Shown piece after piece: positions 23,602-37,328 of a DNA stretch of 64,000 nt. A program made the position numbers and the translations under genes. This DNA comes from Heteronotia binoei (Eukaryota). The notes beneath the pieces are model-generated. The model was not told the origin of the DNA and ran no database searches. It saw only the letters and a list, made by a program, of their open reading frames with translations. Within the stretch, counting starts at the first letter, position 1, and each line of letters begins with the position of its first letter. Location of the stretch: positions 54,560,001-54,624,000 of the forward strand of contig NC_083243.1 of assembly GCF_032191835.1 (NCBI RefSeq), written 5' to 3'.

Positions 23602-23976
23602 CCGAAGTCTTAGCAAGCATTGCGCAAATTATCTGCATATATTCCTTGAGAGTCTGGTAAATATGCAAAGGATTCGAGCCGCACAAGAGCCAACTCCTGA
23701 GTATGCATCCCGAAACCAATCCGAAGACTTGACCCTAGGCCCAGCTTTCCTGCAGAGCCTTTCCAGTACCTAGACAGCCTTCCAGCTCTCCTGCTCCCGG
23801 GAGCGCGAGCCAACTGAGGAGGAGGCCTGCAGAAGCCCCGCCTCCGGGAGCTGACGGCGGTTGTCTTGACAGTTCCGCCTGCCGCTCTGAGGAGGAGGGC
23901 TTAGTTGGCCTTGCCGGGGGGTGCGCGGCCGGGAGAGCGGCCCTCGGGGCTTTTCCCCAGCCGAGAAGGGGCCACC

Positions 23977-24072
23977 ATGAACAAGTCGGAGATGGCGGAC
24001 GAGGCGCTCTTCCTGTTGTTGCACAACGAGATGGTTTCTGGGCTGTACCGCGCCGCGGAGCAAGGTGACGGG
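23977..24072 (+). CDS. TRAPPC6B: TRAPPC6B exon 1 (coding part)
   Basis: (MNKSE)[27 protein letters not shown], donor GTGAGT. Confidence 0.93.
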
Positions 24073-27000
24073 GTGAGTGAAGGGCTGAGAGCCGCCGCTC
24101 TGCGAAGGAGACCGGCCCTTCCCGGTTGGAAGGGGAGGCTGTAGTGACTCTAGTCTGGCCTGGATGGGTGTGAGCTGCAGACTCTTGTACCCTAAACACA
24201 CGCAGAGCGGTTGTGGCATAGAGCTCCAGGTAGGTTTTCCCCGGCTTTAAGGCGCTGCAGGATCACGGTTTGTTTTCGCTTCTGTTCGGATGGCCCTCGG
24301 GGCTGGGGTGGGTGGGGGCGTCCTTCTTCATTGGACTGAAGGGTCCCTCCCGTCCCTGAAAATCCACAAACGTCTATAGATGCATGCAACGAGTATCTCT
24401 CAAACGCTTCAATCACCACCACCACCAGTCCCGCGCCATAGAAACCGTAGTTTTGCAGTTGCCCCGTTTTTCTGCCATTGCTGCAGCAGCACGAACATTT
24501 TAGCTAGACTTTATTCTGCGTTCTAGAATGGCAAAGGAGAATGCAGACTTCTGTCTGTTTCTCCCTGTAAAGTGTTACAGGCAACTAGTGTTTATATCTT
24601 ATTTACTTCATATATACTTGGCTTTTTTCACCAAAAGCAGCTTACATCATTTTCCTCTCCTTTATTTTATCCTCACAACAACCCTGCAAGGTAAGTTAGG
24701 CTAAATTTGAGTGATAGGTTCAAGTCAACCAGCAATCTTCCATGGCAGAATAGCAATTTGAACCTGATTCTTCCAGATACTAGTCAGATGTTCTTCTAAC
24801 CATGCCTCACAGAGGCCCTACTGTGCAAAACTGATGTGCCAGTTGATCAATGGAATCTTAAACAGAGGTACAACTTTCTAAGCCTGTTGACTTCAGTGGA
24901 CTTAGAAGGGTATAACTCCTATAAATGAAATAAGCAAACCTTGCATAGGATTGCACTGCAAGTCCACTGAAGTCAGCAGGGGAGGCCTAGGTTCAAATGT
25001 GCATTGAGTCCTTCAGGTCACATAGTGATAGTGTGCCACTCACTCTCTCAGTCTGACCTCAGAGTTGTTTTGAGGATAACATTTGTGCTACCTCAGCTTC
25101 TTGGAGGAAGGGCAGGATTGAAATGTGAGAAATAGTTAAAATCCTCTTGTGTGGATTTGCTACAGGATTGCAATTTTTTTGCTTTCAGGAAAATGGACGA
25201 TGCATCACAAAACTGGAAAATATGGGATTTAGAGTAGGACAGGGGTTAATAGAAAGGTGAGTAGAATCTCTTTTTGATACATAGCTTGACTTTAAATATT
25301 CTACCTGGTTCTATATGTCTTTTTAAGAGTGGCATGAGGAGAGCTTTTGAAAGATGCTGTGTACTTTGTATAGCAAGGAAAATTCAGGAATAAAACTATT
25401 AGCTTCCAGCAGCTTGCTGTGTGTGTCATTGTGAAACAGTATTCACTTGAAGTAGAAAAGTGGTGAGACATTATATTGGTCTTCAGCTGGTAGTTACATA
25501 GTTGGCTTGTACCAAAGACTGGTTCTATCAGTAGCATCTAGACCATTTCCTTTGCTTTACATTTTTTAAACATATAAGAGAAACTGGTATAAAACAAGAC
25601 AGGTTCCATGTTGCAGTTTGGGGATAAATGTAGACACTGATTTTGAAGATGTTGAATGTTTGTATTCTAATGTCTGTTTTAATTGTTTTTGAAATCCCCT
25701 GGAGTTCTCATTGTGAATGTCCTCCAGTTTTCCCACTCAGATTGCTCTTCCCTTCTTATTCTGAATATTTTGAACAACATTGGGGTTTTTTGTGTCTGAA
25801 GTTTAAAGTGCATGCTTTTATTTGCTAACTGAACTCTCTATAGATGTCATCCCCAACTTCATTCAGCCTGTTGGCATATATTGAATCCTGAGGCCAGGTC
25901 ATTGTCACCACAGCAGAATGTCTGTCAGGTGGGTTGGGTTCACTCTCAGAGCACTGGAATGTTCCACAGAATGTTTGGAGGCTCCAAGCCAAGCTTCCTC
26001 TTATGACAGAGGCAGTGGTTTCCAAAAAGATTTTTCCTGGACTTTTCTGAAGTACATCTTACTCCAGTGAAATGGAGGACTAGTGCTTTGCTTGGAGGAA
26101 AAACAAGCAGGCACCATGTTGGGGATCACCAACTAATATAACTGAGCTTGGATTTGGAAAAAAAGTATGAACAGTTAATGACATCACAACTGTTATTATA
26201 TTGTGCTTGGGTAAAAACATAATGAAAGTAGCTATAGTAACTATCAGGTTGTAATTTTCAGGTCCCTTAAATTTTCGTAGGTGTTCAGTTATCTTCCATG
26301 AAATCAGTGTGCTTAACGCTGTCTGGATTGTACTCGTGCTTTTTAAGGAAGCCACATGAATTTCTTCTACACATAGGGCTGGATCCAGTGAATGGGATGG
26401 AAGAGAGGAGCTCAGCTTTCACCAACTTCTCCTTCTCCATCAGACCTCCTGTTCCACAGTTATGCTGTTTCTGAAGTGGTGGGTGGGGTGTTACCTGTGC
26501 CTTAGGAGCAGCACTTCAGGGGATGGTGACAAATTCATGACATGCTGATGGAAATTGCTTCCATCAGTGAAATGTCCATTGAGTCAAAGGCATATTTTGT
26601 TGCCAAAAAGCATTATTGTATTTAACCAAATATCTTGATTTCTCTTAGGTTTACCAAAGATACTGCCAGATTCAAGGATGAATTAGATATAATGAAGTTT
26701 ATTTGCAAAGATTTTTGGACTACTGTATTCAAAAAGCAAATTGATAACCTCAGAACCAACCATCAGGTATTAATATAATAATATGGAAATTGTAAAGCAT
26801 ATAAGTACTGAGCCTGAAAAAGAAAAAGCAGTGATTACATATACCTGACTGAGCATGAAACATAAATATATTGATTTAAACTCTTATTCTACAAAATGCT
26901 GATACATAAAGCAGAGATAATGCTTTCAACAAAATCATGTTACATATCTCTTGCTGAATTAGACCACTTCCTCCTGTAGACGGGGAAATCAAAATAATTG

Positions 27001-30000
27001 GAAGACGGATATGTTACCTAAAGGTTGTTCTTTCTCATGTTCTAATTTTCTATGTACTGGAAGAGTTTTTTTTAAAGTGTATTGGTAGCATTCAAACATG
27101 AGATCCCATCTTATTTGGCAAGAACTGAACCTCATGTTTCTTCCTGATCATATAGCTGCATTCTTTCTTCAGAGCAATGTGTGTGGAGTTGTATTCCAGT
27201 TATTTGGGTGCTTTCAAAGAAAACAGGTATTATATTGCAAGACTAGTACTTATATCCCAGTTGTTAGACTTACAACATTGAACAGCAAAGTAAGCATGTA
27301 AAATAATAGAATAGAAAAGTACAGGGAAGAATTACATGCAATGAAAAATACAATTCTGAATCAACTTGCCAACAATTTATGGGAGATTGTTTAACTGCAG
27401 GATAAATATGAAACAAAGATGGGTTAAAATCTCTTTACATAACCCATGTTATGTAAATGCATTATATCCAAAATGGTAATGATTGTACAATTTTTTTGCC
27501 TGAACTGCATAAAAATTTTATTAGTAATAAAATGAAGTTTAACAATTCTGAAGATGGTCTGTTTTGAATGGTCAGGGGCACACATAGTTTGACAGAGCAT
27601 GCACGTACAGACATGTTGAACTGGTCTAGCAAAATGAGTATACAGAATCTTTGTATACTCAGTTCCTCCATCCAACTAGGGATGTGTTCCAAATGCATAT
27701 GATTTCTAGCTGGATTGGAATATTAGAATACCTTTCTCTTGTGAGTAGTCCTGTCTTCTGTCTAAAATGGAGATAATTATTCATTTCTGCAGGGCATCTA
27801 TGTACTCCAGGATAACAAATTCCGTCTCCTGACTCAGATGTCTGCTGGTAAACAGTATTTGGAACATGCACCTAAGGTATGTATTGCATCATAGCCTATA
27901 TAGGTTAGTAGATTCAAAACTAGAATTATTTACTGAGTTGAATCTTCAGTTCTATTAAGATTTTTTAAATGTATTGAGTCTGGTGTGTGTGGGGGGGCAC
28001 AATGTCTGCACTGACTTGAATGCATTTGTGTCTATAGATCTGTGGAGGCTGCCACAAAAATGGTGCCCCCCTCCCAATATATAACGAACAGGGCTTTTTT
28101 TGAACAGGAACACACAGGAACTCAGTTCTGGCTGGCTTGGCATCGGGGGGTGTGGCGTAATATGCAAATGAGTTCCTGCTGAGCTTTTTCTACAAAAAAG
28201 CCCTGATAATGAACAATAATGAATGCCTGCAGAGGGTTCTTCTCAAAACTGGAAAGGGCAGACCTAGTCTTGTTACAGTTTTTTTTAAAAAAGATATTAT
28301 TAAAAAGATATCTTTGAATAGAAATAAGCTAACAGTAATGGTTCAAAATGATTTGCATATCCACATGCACGCCATGTGGAAATAGTTTATTGCAAGCTAG
28401 GCAGATAAATATCAGAAGTATACTTTATGTAGCTTATCTTTGAGGGGGTAAACAAACATGTGGACAAAGGAGACCCGATAGATGTTGTTTACCTTGACTT
28501 CCAGAAAGCTTTTGATAAAGTTCCTCATCAAAGGCTCCTTAGAAAGCTTGAGAGTCATGGAGTAAAAGGACAGGTCCTCTTGTGGATCAAAAACTGGCTG
28601 AATAATAGGAAGCAGAGAGTGAATATAAATGGGCAGTCTTCGCAGTGGAGGACAGTAAGCAGTGGGGTGCTGCAGGGCTCGGTACTGGGTCCCATGCTCT
28701 TTAACTTGTTCATAAATGATTTAAGAGTTGGGAGTGAGCAGTTGAAGTGGCCAAGTTTGTGGATAACACTAAATTGTTCAGGTTGGTGAGAACCAGAGAG
28801 GATTGTGAGGAACTCCAAAGGGATCTGTTGAGGCTGGGTAAGTGGGCGTCAACGTGGCAGATGCGGTTCAGTGTGGCCAAGTGCAAAGTAATGCACATTG
28901 GGGCCAAGAATCCCAGCTACAAATACAAGTTGATGGGGTGTGAACTGGCAGAGACTGACCAAGAGAGAGATCTTGGGGTCGTGGTAGATAACTCACTGAA
29001 AATGTCAAGACAGTGTGCGTTTGCAATAAAAAAGGCCAACGCCATGCTGGGAATTATTAGGAAGGGAATTGAAAACAAATCAGCCAGTATCATAATGCCC
29101 CTGTATAAATCGATGGTGTGGTCTCATTTGGAGTACTGTGTGCAGTTCTGGTCGCCGCACCTCAAAAAGGATATTATAGCATTGGAGAAAGTCCAGAAAA
29201 GGGCAACTAGAATGATTAAAGGGCTGGAACACTTTCCCTATGAAGAAAGGTTGAAACGCTTGGGACTCTTTAGCTTGGAGAAACATCGACTGCGGGGTGA
29301 CATGATAGAGGTTTACAAGATAATGCATGGTATGGAGAAAGTAGAGAAAGAAGTACTTTTCTCCCTTTCTCACAATACAAGAACTCGTGGGCATTCGATG
29401 AAATTGCTGAGCAGACAGGTTAAAACGGATAAAAGGAAGTACTTCTTCACCCAAAGGGTGATTAACATGTGGAATTCACTGCCACAGGAGGTGGTGGCGG
29501 CCACAAGCATAGCCACCTTCAAGAGGGGTTTAGATAAAAATATAGAGCAGAGGTCCATCAGTGGCTATTAGCCACAGTGTGTGTGTATATATAAAATTTT
29601 TTGCCACTGTGTGACACAGAGTGTTGGACTGGATGGGCCATTGGCCTGATCCAACATGGCTTCTCTTATGTTCTTATCCTATTTGATATGACTGGGTTCA
29701 TATCTTTGTTTGCCTGGTAGTGTTGATAAGACTGATTTGCTCACTGGCCCTCTGTCTGCACTTATGTGTGTGACAAGGCTATTATGTGATTCAATCTACA
29801 ATTTTGGAGCTAGCATATATATATATAACAGACCTGATCTGTCCTGACCTCAATAGGTTTAAAAAAAAGACCTGTTTAGCCATTTTTCTTTTTGAATTAT
29901 TACATTTCAGTATTTGGCATTCACTTGTGGATTGATCAGAGGTGCTTTATCAAATTTGGGAATAAAGAGTATTGTGACAGCGGAAGTTTCAGCAATGCCT

Positions 30001-32480
30001 GCATGTAAGTTCACTTTGTATTTGAGGGAAAAATTGGTATATATAACTGTAATTAAAAGAAAATTGTTGCTCAGTGCATTTTTTAAAACTAGAGATGTGG
30101 GATTTTGTAGCCCAGAACTATTCCTGCCCCACTTCCAATTCCCCCAACTGAGGCCAATGATTGTCAGGAGCTGTAAAACTGTTGCTCTTAAAAGAGTGTT
30201 ATAAGGAATACTGACGAAAGCAATCAAGGCTGGATTAAGATCTACTTGAGGCAGTGATCTATGTCTAGAAGCCTTCCCCTCCCAAGTAATTTGTTTGTAT
30301 TTAAAGGCCCCTTATAAGGCCCTTAACTGTAGCTTACTTATTTTGTGCATCAATCTAGCTTTGAAAGTGATGAATTCCAGAGTGGAAAGTAGTGCTTATG
30401 TTGTTTTGGATTTCCAGTTCAGCTCTACAAGGTTAAAAGGACTAGACTTTGCCCTAGGTCCCCAGACATTTAAAAAAACCAATACACAGATCTCATCTGA
30501 GCCAAGTTTAATGTGGCTGTAGTTCTGGACTGCTGGAGAGGCTGCTGAGGTTTCTTTGCCCTCACAGATCAGAGACTTTATGCACTGTATTATTGTCAAG
30601 TGCTGTATTTTCCATTGTAATATCCTGAAACCTGAAGCCTCTCTTTTACTTTTGATTGACACAGGACTATAAACTTGTACTATTTATGCCAGTTTTGTAA
30701 CCTTAAAAAAGAAATGGGGCATTTAAATCTGCATTTCAGATTGTTATATTTAAAACTTTATTTAGATATATTTATGCTCTATTGCAAGGAAGGTAACAGC
30801 AGACCACTTCTGATTATCTCTTGCATCAAAAGCCCCACATATAATGCCCCCTATGCATCCCTGCACAGGGCACACTGGATAAAAGATTTCTTTTATCATT
30901 TTTCACCCCCAATTTTCTCCATGTACAAGTGCCAGCCATATCTGATCTAGGAGTAAGTCAGAGTGTGACCTGGATCTGTACAATAAAAAGTAGAACCAAA
31001 CAAAATGGTTCCTGGCAGCCAAGCACAAATCTGAGTTTCTGTTTTGGGAGGTGGTTTTGGGGTGATTGTCAGGCTAATAATGCCTCCCCCCCATTTAAAA
31101 CAAAGATGCATTTCTCTCTTTAATGGAGCCCACAGGAAAAGATTTTCCTCCTGTTGCAAAACCCAATACCTGGTCCCCCCCCCCCCTTTCCTGATCCAGT
31201 CACCCTAATTAATGGGCCACTCACACAGCTGGGTAGCCTTTTCTCACCATCAATCTAGGATCATCAGCAAACATTAGCATTCTTACTTTCTTGGCCAGAT
31301 TGCGTCAAGACATGGTAGCAGTTCCTGTTTATATCCAGAAACCCAGCCCCATACATAGATGCAAATATTACATCTTTCGTCTTTTTCTGGGAACCCCATT
31401 CAGCATTTCCCAGCAATTGTTCTGCTCCCAGCTAATCCCATAAGGGCATTGTTTTAGTGGGCAATTACATCAACATCCTCCCAGGAGACAGTTTTGCCTA
31501 TATCTGGACTAGGACCTCCCCATTGTGGGTGTGTCTTGTCTTTGGAGCAAACTGGCATAACATCCCCAGATACATTTGGGTCTTTCTGTGAGACACTGGT
31601 CTGTTTCACATCCTTTCTCCATGGATTCTGCACTACTGAACAGGTAGTTATCACCCCTTTGAAACCCCTCCTAAAATCCCTCTCACACCTGTATTTTGGT
31701 GTGTTTGTTTTTCTGTGTGCATTTATCCTCTGTATGTGTGCATTAATTTATTATTTTTTCTTAATAAAACAATCTCTTTTGGTTACGTAGATCACTGGTT
31801 ATTCTTGAATATTCTCTAAGGGAAAAATCCCCATAAACTCTGGTGGAGAATTTCACTAGTTACCTCCCTCTTGCAAGCATATCTCTTGCTAATTCCCCAA
31901 CTAAATAAGAGATGACCTAATTTTACCAATCTGTAGCATCTGAGGTAACACATGGACCTGGGTTCGCTTTGAGTTGGTTACAACTTGACAGCACACTATT
32001 ATTATTATACTCAATTTTTGTCCCTGTGGGGACCCTAAGGAGTTTACAACACTTTCCTGCTTCCATTTTATCTTCATAGCAATCCTGTGAGGTACTTTAG
32101 GTTGAGAGGGAGTGACAAGTCCAAGGTCACCCAGTGAGTTTCCATTGCAAAGTTGAGATTTGAACATGGGTGTCCCAAATCCTAGTCTGACATTCTAATT
32201 ACCAGCAATGTAGTTTGAAGCAGAGTTACACCCTTTTAAGCTTGTTGACTTCAGTAGACCTAGAAGGGTATAGCTCTGCTTTGAGTTGTGGAAGATGTAA
32301 CCTACTCAGATTTAGTTAAGTATGGCTGTATGCATTGTACAAGATAATAGTATAGACTTAGGCAATTGTATTTTTGAACTAGGGAAATAGTTGCTTCAGC
32401 TAATTAAGGTAGATATTTTATAAACTCCTTCTGTTTTATTTTTGGCAGGTAAATTTCAGGTGATGATACAGAAGATTTAG
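23977..32480 (+). CDS. TRAPPC6B: Trafficking protein particle complex subunit 6B, complete 6-exon CDS
   Basis: Exons 23992(or 23977)-24072, 25189-25256, 26649-26766, 27793-27876, 29911-30004, 32449-32480; 477 nt from 23992. Protein [17 protein letters not shown]...[27 protein letters not shown]...KFQVMIQKI*. All junctions GT-AG. Confidence 0.97.
25189..25256 (+). CDS. TRAPPC6B: TRAPPC6B exon 2
   Basis: [23 protein letters not shown]; AG/GT flanks. Confidence 0.95.
26649..26766 (+). CDS. TRAPPC6B: TRAPPC6B exon 3
   Basis: [39 protein letters not shown]; AG/GT flanks. Confidence 0.95.
27793..27876 (+). CDS. TRAPPC6B: TRAPPC6B exon 4
   Basis: [28 protein letters not shown]; AG/GT flanks. Confidence 0.95.
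28089..28205. mobile_element. hAT-type MITE
   Basis: TIR CAGGGCTTTTTT/AAAAAAGCCCTG; 8-bp TSD ATAACGAA/ATAATGAA. Confidence 0.85.
28438..29676 (+). mobile_element. 5'-truncated CR1 LINE in TRAPPC6B intron 4
   Basis: RT motifs [31 protein letters not shown] and C-terminal [11 protein letters not shown]; one frameshift; tail TTCTCTTATGTTCTTA. Confidence 0.95.
29911..30004 (+). CDS. TRAPPC6B: TRAPPC6B exon 5
   Basis: [31 protein letters not shown]; AG/GT flanks. Confidence 0.95.
32449..32480 (+). CDS. TRAPPC6B: TRAPPC6B exon 6 (last coding exon)
   Basis: (C)KFQVMIQKI followed by TAG. Confidence 0.92.
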
Positions 32481-33170
32481 AAAATGTATAGAAGAAAACA
32501 CCTGCCCTGTAATATCTTGAAATTGTATATTTTATTTATAATTGCAGTTTAATGCAGAGGTCCTGTGTCTATGTGAAACATCTGTTTTGCCAAACATAAC
32601 ATGAAAGTTATGACTGTTGTAGATTTTTAGTAATGTCCTATACCTGCAAGTATGTAAAGATAGTGGATTCCTGATTAAATACTAAGTTTAAATATCTGAT
32701 TTGTTGTTTTGGCCTAGCAGTGCAGCATTTATTGAGGGCCTTATAAACAGGCAAACGCTCTGAGCTAATAGCTGACCACATTCTGAAGTTCTGTGAAGTT
32801 GCTGAAGCACCCAGGTTCTTCTAAGTCCTGCTTTATTCATACAGAATTTTCTGAAGAACTATGTATTCCATGTTTGTGCGCAATGCAATTATTCCAGACC
32901 TTCTGAGTTAAAAAAAAAAAAAGGATAAAATTCTTTGTGACTTTCTTATAAAGATAAATGGCACTACAGCCTCACTGCCTTTAGCAATGCACAACAATTT
33001 GTATATATTTAATCTTGTTATGTTATAAATTGACTAATATACTTTGTCTTGAAAAGCTAGAGCAGGCTGTTATCTGTATATACTGAAAAATTATTACTGA
33101 AATGAGGCCTAATATCCCCTTTAATGGTCTGTGAATGCTTTTCTTTATCATGGAGTGTGTGTGGGAGGGC

Positions 33171-33523
33171 TGTTGGTCTTCCGCGTTTAGTGAGAGAGGT
33201 TTCTGAAGACGCAAAGGAATCAAGTCTTGTACACAGCTGCGATTAGACTAGCTATATACATTTATTTACAACTATAATACAGACTAGCAAAATGCTCCGC
33301 ACACAATTCACCATCCAACCTCCAACAAGTAGCAGAGTACTACTGTACATTTATACATGTCCTCTAGGTAAGTGACCAATCAGGTTCAGTACTGAGTCAT
33401 GGTCACATCACTCTGGCTGATGCAATCTGGCCGACTTCCAGATGCCCCTGTCAGCCAGATCATCTAATGTCAATTAGATCCTTTGCTGTCAGCAGTGGTC
33501 TGTCGCCTGCACATACACTGACA
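33171..33523 (-). repeat. Copia 3' LTR (353 bp)
   Basis: Differs from 38261-38604 by 6 substitutions and 2 indels (7 and 2 nt). On the element strand, TATAAA near 33350-33355 and AATAAA at 33266-33261. Confidence 0.95.
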
Positions 33524-33891
33524 CCCCTCCTCAGGTGCAGATCACTAGTTTCAGCATATTCCTTAGTGTTACAAACTTTTCCACAGTGACATTTTTAGTG
33601 AACACGTCAGCAACATTACATTCAGATTTACAATGTGTCAGCGTTACCAGTTCTTTATTTACTGCCTCTCTGACATTCTGATAACGTATGTTGATATGCT
33701 TACTTCTGCATTTTATTCCCTTTGCCATTGCTAAATGTTGAGCTGCTGTGCTATCGCAGTGCATTTCTACAGGTGTTGGTTCTGGTAACTTCAGATCTTT
33801 CATTAATTGTGTTAACCATTCTAGTTGTATAATGGTGTCACTGATTGCCGAGTATTCTGCTTCACAGCTGCTCATGGCAATGTGAGTTTTA

Positions 33892-34113
33892 TTTTTTTAT
33901 TTTTTTTTCCCCAGAAAAAGTTTTTATTAAGAAACAAGTACAAACAAACACAAATACAATCGACCCCACAAACTTGCCAAATACACTCCCAAGCACCTCG
34001 TACATGATACATTCCAAAAATCACAATACTTTCTAAACAGATCTATGTGAGGTACAACAGGATACAACCATACCACCTACTACAACCACCCACCATACAC
34101 ACAGGGAGATGAA
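33892..34113 (-). mobile_element. Polyadenylated retroposed fragment nested in Copia RNase H (L1-type insertion)
   Basis: 222 bp GT-rich insert with AATAAA and an A-rich tail on the minus strand, flanked by 8-bp direct repeats GAGTTTTA (33884-33891, 34114-34121); it splits LISWR.../THIAMSSCEAEY. Confidence 0.75.
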
Positions 34114-37100
34114 GAGTTTTAGTACTCTCCAGCTTATTAGTGCACCATACATGAACACTGCACTACCTGAGGTGGACCTTCCGTCTGGTCTTTCCCCCCA
34201 GCTGGAATCACTGTATGCCACCAGGACTTGATACTCATTACTAATTTATGATCCATTGTACCCTTCAGGTACCTGAGTACTCTTTTGGCAGCTATCCAAT
34301 CCTTCTGCTTCGGTTCTGCACAGTGCTGGCTTAACAGGTGGACTGCCATACAGATGTTGGGTCTAGTCCAACAAGCTAAATATAGCAATGACCCAACTAA
34401 GGACTGGTATACTTATTTTCTAGTAAAGCGTCATCTTCCTCTTTTGCATAACCAGTAGTCATGGGGCTCTAAACTACTTTGGCTTCAGTCATTCCATATA
34501 TCTCTAATAGTTTCAGTATTTTTCCTTTTTGGCTTACTTGATAGTGCCCTTCTGTATTCTTGGTAATTTCCATCCCAAGGTAATGTATTTCCCCCAAATA
34601 CTTGATTTTAAATAGTGTTTGTGTTTCCTCCATAAACCATTCCAGCTGTTTATTGTTGTTACAAAGGAGGCACAAATCATCCACATGAAATAATATATAG
34701 CATTCCTGCCCATGTACCTTGTGGCTAAACAGACATGGATCTGCCACACTTTGCTTAAACCCTAAGCCCTCGAGTGCTGTACTCAGGCACTCGTTCCATT
34801 CATGGGCTGCCTGTCGAAGGCCATACAATGCTCTATTTATTTTAAGTACAGGCATATTTACTTTTATTGGGGAACCCGGGGATTGGCTGCAGGTCAAGTT
34901 CCTCTTTTATGGTGGTGTTAAGGTATGCTGTGGTCACATCAAAATGATGTACTGCCATGCCGCTGATATCAGCCTTACATAGTGTTGCTTTTAGTGTTTC
35001 AAGCCTGACCGTGGGGGCAAAACATTCATCAAAGTCCCTTCCTTCTAGTTGGGTAAATCCTCTTGCCACTAGCCTAGCTTTTTTCTGAAGCGTCCCATCT
35101 GTAAGCCGTTTAAGCTTATACAGCCAATTACATTTTTCCCAGCCGGCAGCTCTGCAGGTGTAAATACGTTATTTTCAGTTAGTGAGTAGAACTCTTTCTG
35201 CATAGCTTGCGGCCAGCCAGCACGCTCTTTATCGTTTAGAACTAACACGTCCTTGTAGCATTGTGGCTCTGTTGCATGCACATAATTTATAGCTGTGTCA
35301 AACCCATACCTCTTCGGAGGCACTCCCTTATTTATTCTGGTTGACACTCTCATTTCAGGCTGAGTGCTCTGTGAACCATCAGAGCTTTCATGTTTTACAT
35401 CCTCTGAACTGTCAGAGCTTTTGAGTTCTCTGCCGCTCCTCTGTTGAGGAAGTCTCTTGTCTAATATTCACATGCCTCTCCTCACTCTGCTGAGACACCG
35501 GTAACTCTACACCACTGGGCAATTCATTTGCATGTACCCTGCTCCAACTTTCATCTTCACAGAATGAGGCAGACCTGCTAAATCGCAGCATATTATGCTC
35601 ATCTGCGAATCTGTATGCCATCATTCCATTTTGGTATCCCAAGAATAACAATTTCCTTGCTCTGGCACCCCCTTTTCGTCTTTTATCTAATGGTACATTG
35701 ACCCAAGCCTTGGAGCCAAAGATTCTAAGGAAATCTAAGCATGGTTTCTTCCCATACAGCACCCTGTATGGAATGTCATTTATTGCTTGAGTCCATAACC
35801 TGTTTATTATAAAGCACGCTGTCTTCAGTGCTTCTCTCCAGTAAGTTATTTTTAGCTCGCTATCCTTCAACATAGCGTGAAGCATTGTCTGAAGTACTCC
35901 CCCTTTTCTCTCTCACCCCATTTTCTGCTGGGGCAGAAACATTAGCAATCCTGTGATGAATTTCCTGGTCTCTGAGCCAGGAGGCAAATTGTTTTTCTAC
36001 AAAGTCTCCCCTCATATCCATCTGCAAAGCACTTATCTTGCATTTTAACTGCCTTTGCACACGATTAGCCCAGTATCTGAATGTTGAACACACTTCTGAC
36101 TTTTGTTTCATGGCATACACCCAAGTAAAACGACTGTGGTCATCAACCAAGATTAAAGCATATTTGTTTTTAGATACACTGGGGGCATAAGGGCCGATCA
36201 CATTGGCATGAATTAGCTGTAGGGGCCTCTCAGAGACTGTTGCTTACTTTGGCCACCGGGTAGGCCTTAGATTTTGCCTGCTTACACACATTACAATCAA
36301 GATAAGCACTGCAGGACTCGACCTTTTCACCTTGTAGAACGGCCAGGGTCTTATTAATAGTGTTGTAACTAGCATGCCCCAGCCTTCTATGCAACCTATG
36401 AATACATTTGTGATGAGGCTGCTTGTTGCATACAACTTGTGCTTTCACTCCTTTCTGATCCAGCACGTACACATTGTCTCTCAATACACCTCTGGCCAAT
36501 AGTTTACATGCCTTAAATATTTTACAGCTACTTACATCAAAGGATACAGTAAAGCCTGCCTTTGCCAATGCTGAGACACTTAGTAGGCTTGTCTCTAGAT
36601 TAGGTACACAAAGCACGTTCACAAATTTGTGCTTTAGTTCAGAAAAGTACACAGTTCCTTGGCAGAGGACCTCAGCCTTTCTGCCATCAGCTAGACTCAC
36701 GAACCAAAGACTTGCAGGCTCAGTGTCCTCTAGCAGTCTCTCCTCGCAGCAGAACATCTGGGTGGCCCCGGAGTCAATAATCCACGGTGCTCTCTGCAGA
36801 CCCGAGTCAGTCCTCACCAGTGTCGCTTGCTGGTTCTGCGAAGACTTCTGCTTGCCTCGCCGTAGCTCAGGTCAACTCCTTTTCAGATGTTTTTCGCTGC
36901 CACAAAAGAAACATTTTCTCTTTACTTGCAACACTCTCTCTTTCGGTGACTGCTGCCAGCTGGAGGCACCTCCCATACTCTCAGCTCTGGCTTCTGCTGG
37001 CTTTGACGAGCGTGGGCTTTCTGCTCTCTGCACTCTTGCTGCCTTTGGTCTTCTGTCAGGAGCTTCCCAGTTATGTAGCTTAAAGTAAGTTTATCAGCGT

Positions 37101-37328
37101 CCTGGCCCTCGAATGCCAACAACAACATATCAAATCTCTCGTGCAGAGAGATCAGGATTATATACACCTTTTCTTCCGGAATTGTTTTACCTTGCTGTTC
37201 TAGCTCTTGGAAGCATGCAGATAAGCTGTTGAGATGGTCTCTCACCATCTCCCCGGCCAGCATTGTCTTCCGATACAGCTTGTCAGTGCTATCAGCGAGC
37301 CAGCTGTTGTCTGCACATAGATGGCCTT

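Noticed and set aside
23610-24425. Multiple 67-154 aa ORFs around TRAPPC6B exon 1
   Set aside because: CpG-island stop-codon depletion; only the exon 1 frame has homology.
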